Shown here: piece after piece, positions 25,093 through 38,235 of the stretch
How positions within the stretch are numbered: the first letter of the stretch is position 1
Layout: the number at the start of each line of letters is the position of its first letter
NCBI GenBank assembly: GCA_951406725.2
Contig: OX597825.1
Location: 85,002,001 to 85,066,000 of the forward strand
Reading direction: 5' to 3'
Length of the DNA stretch: 64,000 nt
Origin: Octopus vulgaris
Taxonomy: Eukaryota
The notes under the pieces: generated by a model
What the model was told of the DNA's origin: nothing
The model's input: only the letters and a program-made list of their open reading frames with translations
Databases searched by the model: none
Program-made: the position numbers and the translations under genes

Positions 25093-26699
25093 CAAGATAT
25101 TTGTTTCTAGATGACTCTCTATATGGATTAGGTGCCATTATATCTGCCTAACAAACACTTGAACACGTTGTGTAGTTTCTGTGAAAGCAGCTACAATATA
25201 TTTCATCTCATTTACGCTGTGAATACATTTTTAAGTATGTAGCTATGAACGCTGCAACCCTTCCGCTTCCTCTCTTGGCTTTTACACTCTCTGTGTGTAG
25301 AACAAATACTACAGTTCATATTTTCTATGACGACCAATCAACCGTTCTTTATTAGCGTCTCCTTCAAATACAATCCAATTCAGAAACGATGTCAATAGAT
25401 ATTAATTTGACGTCTACTTACACTCGGCCTTTATAATAGAATTATAATAGAATTTTAATAAGACAATTATATAGAATTCACTTACAATAAATTCCACAAA
25501 GTTAATCTTTTCGTTATTTTGCTTTTGTCTCCTTCAGCACATCCCGTCGTATCTTATTTCTGCCTTTCACGCTTACTTAATGCATTCTAGTTCGCCGCTA
25601 TTCTACATTGCGATATTCAATCTCTTCAATTTGACAACAAAAAGAAGCAATTAATTTTTCTAGTGATGACACGACATTTACTTGTTTTATAATTGCTTTT
25701 ATCCGAAATTTAGCGATTTATTTTTAAACACTTGTTCAGTTCCAAATTCGAGTGTTACCTATTCATTTTAAACGATTCGCTTATTCAATTCAGACAGCCA
25801 GTAACTCACCTGAATATAAGATGTAATTTTCAAAACTTACAATGCATTGTAAGGGAAGAACCTAATCGTGCTCGGCTTTAGCATCACTGACCATTGAGAG
25901 AGGAGATTTATATAGAAAATGAATATATTATATATGTAATTAGGAAGGGTGAAGCTAAGTTGAATCGAAACTTAAAACCTAATTGGTTCATCTAATTTTT
26001 TTAACAATAAAAAGTTTTATAAGAATTTTTTATTATAGGAATAATAGTAATTTTTTGTGTAGTAGTGTTGTTGGTGTCGTTGTTTTTGCTGGTGATGGCG
26101 GTGGTCATGGTGGTAACGGTTCAACTCTTAGTCAGAAAAACTATCCTAAAATCCAGTCCATTTGTGACCATTGCACCTTTTCTTTCTGCGGTAATTCGTC
26201 AAGGACCGCGTTATCACATGAATTATTCATTTTCTGAAAGAGAAAATTATCGTTGGAGAGAAATTTGACAGATATTTTTAGCTAGTCGAGTAACGTCCGA
26301 GAAGCTCCCTTGCCTGGATGGCATTGAATGCCAAAGATGTTGCTTTTCTATAAGGCATTCCAACTATGACCATCTCGTTTCTTCAGGAGTATGAAAGGAT
26401 ATACATTATCCAATGTATGCTTTATTTATTTTTCTCAGAACTGTAGAGTGCGATCTGAGTGTGATCTTTTTTCTAGCAGAGTGATCGGCCACATGCGGGT
26501 TTCCTTGCCTTCACATTACTCAGATCGTATGAAAGAATGGTTAACCAAAATCTGGAAGTAAATATGGACATTAAGGGTATATTTATGAAAATGTTTGGGA
26601 CAAGCATAGGGTTAATCGCTTCCTGAAAGAGGAAGGGTTAATGTCGACTTCGGCAGAAGGGTTTTCCATTAAAATACGAAACGTTAAGTGCTTTTTCAC

Positions 26700-26930
26700 C
26701 TTCTACAAAGGTTTTCTTATAGCTGATGCCTGACTATAGGTCCTTTTAATGCATTATCACATTCGACACAATAGAACACAAATATAACACACTTTGCATT
26801 TTCTTTTTCTACAAAGAAACGTGAATACAAATTAGTCGCAACTATTTCAGGTTTACTCGCAGGTAGAAAGAAACCTTTACAACCTGCAAGAAAATAGGTA
26901 ACAAAAAAATGCATAAAGAGAAACTCCAAA
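26700..26930 (-). mobile_element. Possible piggyBac transposase C-terminal cysteine-rich remnant
   Basis: ORF 26717-26929: FFLPASKPEIVAT...KCVIFVFYCVECDNAL resembles HFP..P...R.C..C......YYC..C..ALC. Confidence 0.4.
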
Positions 26931-27463
26931 CACTGTGTGTGTTTCCTCTGGCTTCCACATGTATAGAATTACTTAATAATAAAAAAAATCTAAAAGATAT
27001 TCAAAAGAGGGGGAAATATGTTCTACGGGGAATTGTTTAGTTTCTATGAATAGAAGTATGGACAAACAAGTAAAATATGTAAATATATTCCAGCGTTAAA
27101 ATCCATCTAAAGTATTTTCTATTTTAAGAACGGAAATAATGAAATGCAATGGCACACAAATTAAATAACTTCTCCCTCTCTCTTTCTCTTTCTCTCTCAT
27201 TCACCCCTGTCTCACTTTCTGCCCTGACAGCAATATATGATATTCACTTAGTATCCAGTAATGGTAGAATTTTATAAAATGGAGACATTGTGGCTTCATT
27301 CGACGTAAGTTACGGCGAGTTCTTAATTTAACGAAAGTTATCAGTGAAAGCAGTCTATGAACAGGTCACTAAACTATCACCTGATACAATCAATTTTCTC
27401 TCTCTTTCTCTCTCTCTTTTCTCTCTCTCTCTCTCTCTCTCCTCCCGACTCGCGCACGTATAT

Positions 27464-27563
<100 letters not shown>

Positions 27564-27722
27564 ATGAGAGCGTTATTTAAAATACCGATCATATCAAGTG
27601 GCCAGCATGGGAATAAAATCCTCATAGGTAATAATAATTATTAAAATTATAATTAAGGGTTTCTAAAAGATACCACCATGCTAGATATAGCAGCCAAAAC
27701 TGGACTCTAAAACCCTTAATTA

Positions 27723-27760
<38 letters not shown>

Positions 27761-27763
<3 letters not shown>

Positions 27764-27910
27764 CAAGTTTACAGAAAAACAAATGAGAAAGACAGGTGTA
27801 GAAACAACAAGCAAGTGTAATAGTTTGACGCTCGGGAAAACTGGAAAAGTCTTTAACGTTTCGAACCTACGCTGTTCGATAGAAAGGAATAAGAGGAAAT
27901 CGATAGAGAT
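27761..27910 (-). mobile_element. PLE-type family A, copy 3
   Basis: gtctttaacgtttcgaacctacgctgttcgatagaaagg; starts at (TA)n. Confidence 0.8.
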
Positions 27911-28034
27911 GTGTGTGTGTGTATGTGTGTGTGTGTGTGTGTGTGTACACGATGGCAGTGGACAAATGAAAGAGAGTGGCAATCAATACATTCAGTAGGG
28001 TTTCCATATAATGTTTAAAAAACAGCCTGGATCT

Positions 28035-28210
28035 TTCTCCAGTATCACGGCGAGTGTTCCAGTTGATCCGATCAACGAAGCAGTCTCCTCGTGAAATTAC
28101 CGTGCAAGAACACAACCCTTCACCGGTTATCAAACTGATGACGTTACAATCGTGAATGGCACAGCCTACCCACAGATCGTTACATATATTCACTATTAAC
28201 GGTACAATTC
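28035..28210 (-). mobile_element. SINE family 3-related 3' fragment
   Basis: gttccagttgatccgatcaacgaagcagtctcctcgtgaaatta is the approximate reverse complement of 46357-46400. Confidence 0.7.
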
Positions 28211-28503
28211 GACTCTATGCAGCTTGAAGCTTTCCTTGGTGGCTCGTTCATTGAATCTCACATGCCACGACCGCTTTCTTGTCAAGATACATGGACTCAG
28301 GGTTTAACTTTTAAGCCGAAGGGTTAATAAACACTTACAAGTAGGGTGTATGTCAACATTATTAGGGTGCATATTTATTAACATTAACGAGGAAATGATT
28401 CACAGTAACTGGAAAGCAGAAAGTTGTAGTTTGCTCAACTTCTTCTGGTGTAGGCGTTCGAAATCATTGTCTACATTTTCCTCGCAAAGTTTAACATGTA
28501 TGT

Positions 28504-28582
<79 letters not shown>

Positions 28583-28588
28583 TGTGTA

Positions 28589-28970
28589 GAAGTGGCTGTG
28601 CGGTAAGAAGACTACTTGCCAACCAAATGGTTGTCCACTGCATAGCTCCTTGGGCAAATGTCTTCTTCTATAGCCTCGGGCCGACCAAAACCTTGTGAGT
28701 GGATCTGGCAGACAGAAACTGATAGAAGCCTGTCGTATAAATAAATAAATAAATATATATGTGTGTGCGTGTGCGTGTGCGCGTGTGTGTGTATGTACGT
28801 ATTTGTATGTCCGTGTTTGTCACCCTACCATCGCTTGACAACCGATGCTGATGTGTTTACGTCTTTGTAAGCTAGCGGTTCGCTAGAACAGACTGATAGA
28901 AATAAGTTCAGGGATCGATTTGTTCGACTGAAGTCGGTGCCACAGCATGGCTGCATGAAAGAATAAAAGA
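28589..28970 (+). mobile_element. SINE family 1, near full-length, diverged
   Basis: Collinear with the reverse complement of 10099-10491. Confidence 0.85.
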
Positions 28971-31609
28971 ATATGTATATATGCATACCCACATATATGT
29001 GTGTTTGTGTGTATGTATCTCTGTGAATGTTAGTGTCCGTGAGTGTGTGTGTACGTCTTCATTTATGAATAAAAATACCCGGCATGCCCTGGGTGCATGG
29101 TGGACAGTAAAACGTCACTGAATTACCTTATTTCTCTCGGAAAACATTTAAGAAAATCCATAAAATTGACTTATATACACAAAGATAAACATACATAGAC
29201 AAGTATATGTGTGTGTATGCCTGTGTGTACCTGTGTGCGAATATATGTATGTAGAAACAGACACATTAAATATATATATACACACACATACCTTAGCGCC
29301 TATAAAATTAAATGATAGATGATTGGGTTGTTCCTATACACGTAGTTAATCACACATAAACATAACGGAAACAAGCGTTTTGTAAAATAATATAGAAGTT
29401 AATATTTTTTACTGAGTTGCGTTTATATACCAATACAAACAACGTGACACCGACAGATACATACACCACTACACGCAGTCATTACTGCTATTCCATGCAC
29501 TTATATTGTCTCGAAACCTTTAGCTCCACCATTGCAGGCAACCACACACGCATGACGTAACACAACTGCTCATACGTTCGTCCGTTATAACACTTAACGG
29601 AAGCAGTTTAATTTCTATCTCCGGTTCAACTCTAATGTATTCTCGAACTGACTTCATATCACAGGGGATCAATGATGTTTCGTCAATCACTCTGCAATAA
29701 ACTTCTAAGGCAGCCGATATTCCGACAGTTTAACATCAAAGAATTTTCATTTATTGAATTAAATACGGCGTTTAATGCATTACATTAGCATTTTGTTGTA
29801 TTAAATTGGAATTTATTTATTTCTTTTATTCAATGATAAATATTTCTCTGGGACGTGCTGCAAATTTTATCTCCCCAGACAACACGCCGCTAATACGGAC
29901 GCAGTGTGTATAAGTACATATGTGTGGGCACGTGAGTCTACATACGTATACACGTCCACACACACACACACACATATATATATATAGGAGTGAGTGTGTG
30001 TCTAAGACAGTGTGCATGCAGACTTCGATACCTTCCTATTTGGGTTTGAGAAAAAAAAACGGTAGCTCTATAAGGGAAAGTAACTTAGACAAATTACTTA
30101 GCGCTTCGCTAAATCGATAAAATGGATAGAAGACTAAGTTCCTGAGATGATGTAATTCACTAAACATTTCGAAGAATGTTGCAGGAATAAGAATAAAAGA
30201 ATACACGAACACGCACACATATTGTTACGTATTCCGTACACACAAAACTGTACATATGAAAATATCACATCCGTTGTTTTCTCTATATTGTATTAAAATA
30301 CGATTTACTTGCTAAATTATAGACTATTATGCATTTCTTAGTATTTTCGAATGAATAAGAAAATACTGCAGTTCTGGTTAACTAATATATGAGCTACTTG
30401 TGATATCGGCAAACATGTTGTGTGAATTTAGTTCAACAGCGGCTGATGAGGTGAACACTTATGTAAATATGCGGAAGGATTTCCAGTAACTTGCAGTAAA
30501 TATTTTACAGTAATATAAGATGGTATACCTGATGTACATTCTTTGCATTGGATTGAATCCTTCCGGCATAATATCATAATACTGAGATGTTGAGTCATTG
30601 AACATTCTCCGTGATTATATATGCAATATATATACAGTGAAATTGCACCTGATAAGATTATGTGGTCCTCTCTACTATATAAATGTGAGTGTATGACTAA
30701 ATGCGTGTGTGTGTGCACATATCCGTGTATATGTATGCATGTATGTATGTATGTATGTATGTATGTATATTTGCATGCTCTAAGCAACCGAGTACTCATT
30801 TCATGATGTACAGAATTCGTCATATAACTTCGAACATTTTCACTGACAGCTTGAAAAAAAGACATAAAGATTTAGAATTTTACGAAGAATCTCTGCGTGG
30901 AATTCAGAATCGCCTGCTACCATTGCGTTGTTGAATTCTATGTCTTACAAAATGAACTGAGAGTAGATATTTCAACACCAACATTAACAAGTGTTGAAGT
31001 TATGCGAGAAATAAAGCAACAACTACACCAACAACATCAACATCAATAAAATATTGTAATAAGAACGTCAGAAACAAGAAGGAAACATAATGAAATTGTG
31101 CAACATCATTTAAGAAATATTCGCTCTCGTCTCGTCTAAAATATTCGTGCTTTGTTGAATTCGCCTCGGGAGTTATGTATTTTAATGAATATTTCTAGTT
31201 TTGAAGGCTACAATAAAATAAATGCCGTCATCAATTTGAACAGAACACGAAGAATGATCAAAACACTATCAATCACAAATTTTTTTCTCTAGATTCCATC
31301 TTGAATAAATTTAAATGGAACAACTTTCAACAACATAGAATTCTTGTGTCAGTTTTCTGCACCCGATTTCTCAAGAGTTTTGCTTTCTTTTTCCATTATC
31401 ATCCCTGTATGTGTGTGTGTGTGTGTGGTGGGTGTTGAGTAGGGGTGAAGCTGTTCAAACACATTTTATCCCCGAGATGTCATAAACATTAACTCGAAAC
31501 GGGAATTCATCGGAGGAGAGAAAAAGAAATGTAAATTTAAACAACTCAAATAATTCATTGGTCGACAAAGTGCAGCATCACAGAAGAACTGAGGCCGATC
31601 TAATGTATA

Positions 31610-31815
31610 TTGGGTTCATACTTTGGCACAAGGCAAGCATTTTCGATGGAGTAGGGAATGTCGGTTATATAACCCCAGTGCTCAACTTACTTTATCAATA
31701 TGTATAGAATGAAAGGCAAAACTGACCTCGGTGGAATTTGAACTCAGAACGTAAGGACGGACGAAATGACACAATTTTGCCCATCGCCGTAAATTCAGCC
31801 AATTCGCTGCCAGCC
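31610..31815 (-). mobile_element. SINE family 2 copy
   Basis: gaaaggcaaaactgacctcggtggaatttgaactcagaacgtaaggacggacgaaatg. Confidence 0.8.
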
Positions 31816-33829
31816 ATGTAATAAATATTAAAAACAATTATATGATTTTTATTCAAAATAAATTTTAAAACAGAGGAATTTCCACTTCGTATACGTGAAG
31901 TAATTAGATGTGGTGTCTTAAGAGATTAAATGATTTGAAGCCCCATAAGCTACGAGGAATTGAATTGAATTCTTATTTATGACAGGCTGACTGAGGCTTT
32001 TGAGAATTTTTTAGCCTTAGACATAGGATCAGGGCGAGTAATTAGACGGGGTAGTTTTTGCTTCGTCATACTTTCTCTGTGACGATATCAACACAACCAA
32101 TTCTTACCTTGAGAGAAAGCAAAGTCAAACAAAGAAAAATTATAACATTAATCAATGTTGCAGCTAAAAATATATGTGAATACAAATAGCTTGATCTAAG
32201 AATTGAAAGCTCGTTAAGAAGTCGATTGGTTAAAAGAAAAGATGTCTCGTTTTACCAACCTATGCGCAATATTATAGAAACTCTTAAAATCTTACGTCAA
32301 CGTAAGGCCTATAATTTTCAGGGAAATTTCTAATTTGGTTGTTTTATGTGTTTTTCAAACGAACAAATGACGTAAACAAAGTCGAATACGAACCAACATT
32401 TAAATTCTGCCATTAAAATAATATTCCGGACACGGCTGGAAAATTTTAGAATTTTGATTAATCGTCGTTGTTTAGAAGATAATTCCGTTTTATTGTTCTT
32501 CTTTCTTTATGACTTTTTCACGTTAGGAGAAGCATGACATCACAGCGTTTACAATTCCTGTCGGAGTGGTGAGATTGAACCTCGTAAAACAGAGGCGTAG
32601 TTCAGCTGCTTGCAAAACACTAAAGGACCAGATGGAGGGAGTTAAAAAGAGGGCGAGTTAGGCCCCCATCGTCTAGAATAAACAGGGCAGTTAGATTTAT
32701 AATTCACAGTTTGAGACATGTTTATGTAAACATCATTTTGTTTCCATAGACATTATTGATACACGTGAAGTGTTCACGAAAAATATGAGAATATTCGCTG
32801 CTAAATGGCAGTGAATAAAAGCAAGGATTTGTTTCAAGAAAATATTAAGCGTAAAAAGGTTTAATATTCATTCTTTCTCCAAATCATATGATGTAACTTA
32901 AATAAATCTGCAGCAACAAGTTATCGAACCAGGGTTGTGTTCGTGTGAGCAACCTCTACGTTCTACGGATGTAACAGGTGAATATCCAGAATATAAAGAA
33001 GCTGGGAAAGAAATTGTTTAATCGCCATCGACGTATACGATTATGGAAGCTATAGCGATGACTATATGGACTCTCTTCGTACACGTTCCTGCGAAACTGC
33101 AAAAACAAACTTTGTTATCTTGTTGATGTGCTCAAAATTCGGTAAGAAATTGATGCTATTTTCTTTCCAAAGACACATCTTTCTATACTGCGAAAGAATA
33201 ATTCCATCAGTTGAAGGTCGTTAGATTTGTTCGGAAGAGGATCGATAAAATAGTAGAATGTTACATTATTCTTAAGAGAAGAGAAGTGTCTCTTTGTCGC
33301 ACCTTCTACTAAAAGCTGTTACGTCACACATAGAACAAAATGTGTGCAAACGTATCTCTGTTTCACCTTCTACTAATTACTGTTATGTCACGCATAAAGA
33401 CTTACACCAAAAGACTTACATTTTTCCTGGTAGGTGTCTCCTCGCACATAAAGCAAGCGATGTAAAGGAATATATTTGCTGCAGATTCCACTGAAAAGGC
33501 ATTACGTCACACAAAGAACAAGATATATACAGATGCATCTTTTTTCTTACACATTTTACCGTAATATATTCTATCAACTGTGACAAATCAATAACCTAGA
33601 TGTTGCTTCCTGAAGATAACTTTTCATTGAATCATAAAAAGAAATGACCGCAGAATTAAGTAATACTCTGTTATACATTGAAACAGAGAATTTCGTCTCT
33701 TTTATGAAAAAGTAAGAAAAAAAACTGTTATTTCCTTCACAACTAAACGAAATAAAGTGTCAGTGAGAATGAGACACAGACGGAGAAAGAGCGCGAAGGA
33801 GGGAGAAGAGAAGGAAAGGGGAGAAATAG

Positions 33830-34060
33830 CAGAATTTTTGTTCTTGCTGGAATCTATTCCACTTTTCAAACAATCTACCAATTGGTAATTCTTCAATTCT
33901 TCTACAGTTATCCTGGATCAGTTGTATTCTATATTTGAAAACGATATTGATTTCAAATAGTTACATACAAAAATAGGCAATTTTCGATGGAAAATCGTGT
34001 TGGAGCAGGCGGTGAAGATATGTAGGGCGGTTCGCATTCCGTTCATTCTTTATTCATACA
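33830..34060 (-). mobile_element. Possible mariner C-terminal relic
   Basis: Minus strand ccgccctac...gctccaacacgattttccatc loosely recalls PPYSPDLAPSDFH; several frameshifts are needed. Confidence 0.3.
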
Positions 34061-34492
34061 TAACAAATGTTTAATTGTCTCCGAATTCGTACTGTAAATC
34101 AAAAATGGTACTAATATAGCCGGAGGCATGTTTTGTAAATCTAAAACATCATACACACACGAAACAATAGATAAGACTAAACATGGAAAACAGGTCGATA
34201 TCATGGAATAAAGTAATGGATTAATATCCGAAATAATAGTTTCTTATTTCTGCACCAACGTGTCATTGTGTGTTTCAATTACTAAATTAAACAGGCGTCA
34301 TTTGATGATCTGCGGCATCGGAGCAGATGGGCAGGTGCGTGAAATGGAATTATAAACGGATGCATTGTTCGAATTGTCAACTGTGTTGGGTGGGATATTG
34401 TCAGGCGCGTAACAAGCGTGTGTTTGTTTATACATATGTACCTACATGCATACATACATAGATATATACATGCATATATATACATACATGCG

Positions 34493-34538
<46 letters not shown>

Positions 34539-34554
34539 CATACATACGGAGAAA

Positions 34555-34556
34555 TG

Positions 34557-34598
<42 letters not shown>

Positions 34599-34754
34599 TA
34601 CATATATAGATTGATAGATAGATAGACAGATATATAGACAGATAAAGAGATAGATAGACAGATAGAGAGATATACAGACAGATAGCAGACAGACAGACAT
34701 ACAGACAGATAGATAGAGAGAGAGAGAGATAGACAGGCAGACAGACAGACAGAC

Positions 34755-34832
<78 letters not shown>
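34555..34832. repeat. Compound (GATA)n/(GACA)n microsatellite
   Basis: Seen directly in the sequence. Confidence 0.95.
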
Positions 34833-34833
<1 letters not shown>

Positions 34834-34973
34834 CATATATGTATGAGTTCATAAGCGAAGTTAGACGATCTTATACTTTGTCACAAAAATTTGCACACAC
34901 AAATATGCAGACATACAGACATACATGGATACATACATACATACATATATACACACACACACACACAGACACC

Positions 34974-35015
<42 letters not shown>

Positions 35016-35449
35016 TACAGAGAAGTGGATAGAGAGATAGACATATAGATAGATAGATAGATGTGTGTGAGTGTGTTTGTGTGTGTGTGTGTAAGAGAAA
35101 GCGAGAAAAACAGATACACGCATTATGTGCGCATTCACAGTTGCCTACATGTACATATAGACACATTCTTATACACGCATGAACACCTGCGTGTGTGTGT
35201 CTGTGTGCGCGCGCATCCCTCCTTCCTGTCATCAACCACAAATGAGGAAGCTATAAAGCTATCGCTTATGTTGTCATTACATGTCCAATCACACCCCTGA
35301 ATACGTTGTGTGTAGGGGTTGGGTAGAGCATGCGTATGTTCCGGCTTGCGGAAAAGCGTTGGTCGATCTGAAACCAATTTTGCTAAGTAACTGTTCATAA
35401 GCTAGGCCACGTACCTGCCTTCTGCTGGGCGCTCTATATTCCACTGCAC

Positions 35450-35790
35450 TAAGTGGACTTGATATCGTTCAAACCTCTATATTAGAAGATTTAGCTGTTC
35501 CATAGCAGGACTAAATAATTTGTAAAATTCTTTTTCTTTGTGTGAAGCATTGTGAAATTTGAAAAGAAATCGCTTTTATGAAGCTGCCTAAAAGAAACAG
35601 AGCTATAAATTGCAATTTCTATCTCAAGGCGAATAATATTTGTCCAATTCAAACAAATTGAAAGAGATTAATTACAGAACTTTGAATCGAACATCCGCCA
35701 TATGCCGAAGGGCTGCGTCGTTCCTACACCATGAAGTCCTGAGAATAGCTTTGTTTAGAAAAGCGAGAAAGAGGATAACTTTGACTTACT
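35450..35790 (+). pseudogene. Penelope-like (Naiad-type) remnant, copy 3, internally deleted
   Basis: ISFKPLY* (cf. IWFNPPYS), ICKILFLCVKH, CNFYLKANNICPIQTN* (cf. CNC....CP...C), and SYTMKS*E*LCLEK (cf. C.LCL.EK). Confidence 0.55.
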
Positions 35791-36339
35791 TTGCAAATAC
35801 TACTGTTTTCTATCACTAAGTTTCACTTGTATTTTTCACATCTTACTCTTTACGCCACAAATCTCTGAACGTTCATTACGGTGTTTGCTGTCATATCTTC
35901 ATTCAATTCATTTTTTATTTCTATATCTTATATGAATGTTTAATATTTTTTTAATGTTTTACGAGCATGGCTACAGTACTCAAATATATCCCTCATGGTT
36001 CCATCAGCTTTTCAAAATTTTGTTTTACTTTGGCTCTTTGCAATAAAAGATGGGTCCGCATGGTTAAGTGTTTCCCAAAGTTCTCTCCTCTGAATATCGT
36101 GTAACCAGAACCTATTTATGTCGTTACTTCTCTTTGCTTATTGTAGGAAAATCATTATTTCTGATATTCGTTTTCCATTTCGTACTTGCTCATTGTTTAA
36201 TATATGTGGCTGAATGTGATTGGTCTGTTTGGTTTCGTTTTGCCTTCTTGTTTTTCTCAACAGATATTGGGCGCGGGTTTTTTAATGGTTAATATGTAAC
36301 GTGCTTACATCGTAAATCTGCTTTGATGTGCTTCCATTC

Positions 36340-36616
36340 CATGACATGGCGATGTCATATCAAGATAAATAGCACATGATCTTGCAGTTAGAATATCCTA
36401 TAAGTTGAGTAGCCCATCCTTCTCAAAAGATCCCTGAATATAATTGTTTAATAATGTTGAACGAAACACCCTTGTTTCCAAACATAAATAATTCAAACCA
36501 CATCGTCAGAACTGACTATCAAATCTGTAGTATTAAGCAGAATATTTGCTGTAGCCCATCTTTTATACCAAGACAAGGCAAGACGTTTACTTGATAACAC
36601 TCCCAATCAGTATCTC
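36340..36616. mobile_element. Second, inverted and more decayed copy of the (TAA)n-associated repeat
   Basis: Aligns to the reverse complement of 5800-6150 and abuts (TTC)(TTA)(TTG) at 36619-36731. Confidence 0.75.
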
Positions 36617-36630
36617 TTTTTCTTCTTCTT

Positions 36631-36705
<75 letters not shown>

Positions 36706-37329
36706 GTCGTTGTTGTTGTTGTTGTTGTTGTTTCACTTTGTCACAGGTTTTGTTGCAGCTCCTGGAGTCCTTGTTTTACTTCTCACAACACTCGGTATTG
36801 TTTGTTCAGATATGTTATGTGAGAGCGGACAGCAGCCTAATGTCAGAGGTAAGCAAGTTTGTATTGCAATATATCTCCTTTGTTATCTTCTTTTCCTCTG
36901 CTTTATGATCGCTTACATGTTCACTTCTCCCACGTTAATATAAATACCGGTCATATATTACGACCAAATATTTTACGTAAATTCTATTTTCGTTAAGGTT
37001 CAAGCCAAACATTTTCAATCGATAGAAACATTCTGTTCTGAAGTATATTTGACAAACTTCAATCCTCAGAGTTAAAAGTGAATTATAAAGAGACCATATT
37101 GGAGCCAACATGTCTTTTATCCATCCAGATTTTTCCCATTATTAACGGCAAATAATTGTCATTCAAGTAAAAAGAAATAGCCTAAAATATGAATGAACGC
37201 TGCAGCCATTGCGCTACGTGAGGTTTAAATAATTCTATGCACTAAACCGTAATGGCTGCCAGCAGGTTTGTATGTCGTCTGCTTTTGATTTCTTTCTATT
37301 TTACTCTATTCAAATTGTCATTTTCTCTC

Positions 37330-37970
37330 AAACCATTTCAGGTGCTGTATTTATTTTATTTTATAATTTCTCTTCGGTATCAAGCATTGTATTATATTGA
37401 TTTTTTCATTTCTTTTATCAGAAACTGCGAGGTAGTTCTAAGTTGTGAAATAAATAGCCAAACGAAACAAACTGCGTTCCACATTGTCCATCATTTGTAC
37501 AGCTTGAAAATGTGTCTCGGTTTGTGTGGAAGCCACTTACGAAGGCCCGGACGGAATATATATTACAAGATGGAAATAAACTCTTCATTATGCTGACTTG
37601 TATCATACTGACGCCTTTCGAAAAGTTTCAAATGTCACTCAGTAAAATTTTCCTAAGTGTTCCATCAGATACGAAAGTGAGAATTAAGTATGTAGTCAAA
37701 GGAGAGCAAATAACAGTTGAGATTTCATTAATATTGACATACTAGAAGAATAGAAGAACGAATAGGAGTAGTAAATAAATAGAAGGAAATTTGCAAACCC
37801 AGCAGATATAACGATCTGTATCTTCAAGTAGAGGTTAATAATTTACACTAAAAGGAGCGATAATTGCCAGAGAGCATCCATCTTCGATATGTTCATATTA
37901 TATAAGGATCAACTGCTAAACGCTGTAGTAGTTTAAATTTTTGAAGAAAGAAAATCCCCATTCACTTGAC
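37330..37970 (-). mobile_element. Decayed PLE-type RT of a different lineage
   Basis: Minus-strand fragments in order: MG, LILI*YE, RYI, FPSCNIYS (P...SNI.S), LFISQLR (YG..ISQL.R), IIQCLIPKRNY. Abuts (TA)n. Confidence 0.4.
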
Positions 37971-38079
37971 ATGCATATATATATATATATATACAATGAC
38001 CTCGAACCCACAAGAGTAAACAAGAGAGACAGAGACAGGCAGAAACAAGGAAAATACCCCTTGTATTGCAATACTATGC

Positions 38080-38235
38080 AAATATAATTTTAAAATACTT
38101 TTCATTTAATTTTTCCAAAATTTAATTTTTTTCCATACTTACAGTTGAAAAGGTCTCAATGACTGAAACGGTACTAAAATGCTTTTTGTACAATTATTTT
38201 AGCACTTTCTACCTTGAATTTTCGTCCAATCTGTC
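38080..38235 (+). mobile_element. PLE-type family B, copy 2 (hammerhead-like motif 38138-38180)
   Basis: CUUACAG-UUGAAAA-GGUC-ucaau-GACU-GAAA-CGGU-A-CUAAAAUG. The downstream aattattttagcactttcta is shared with copy 1. Confidence 0.7.
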
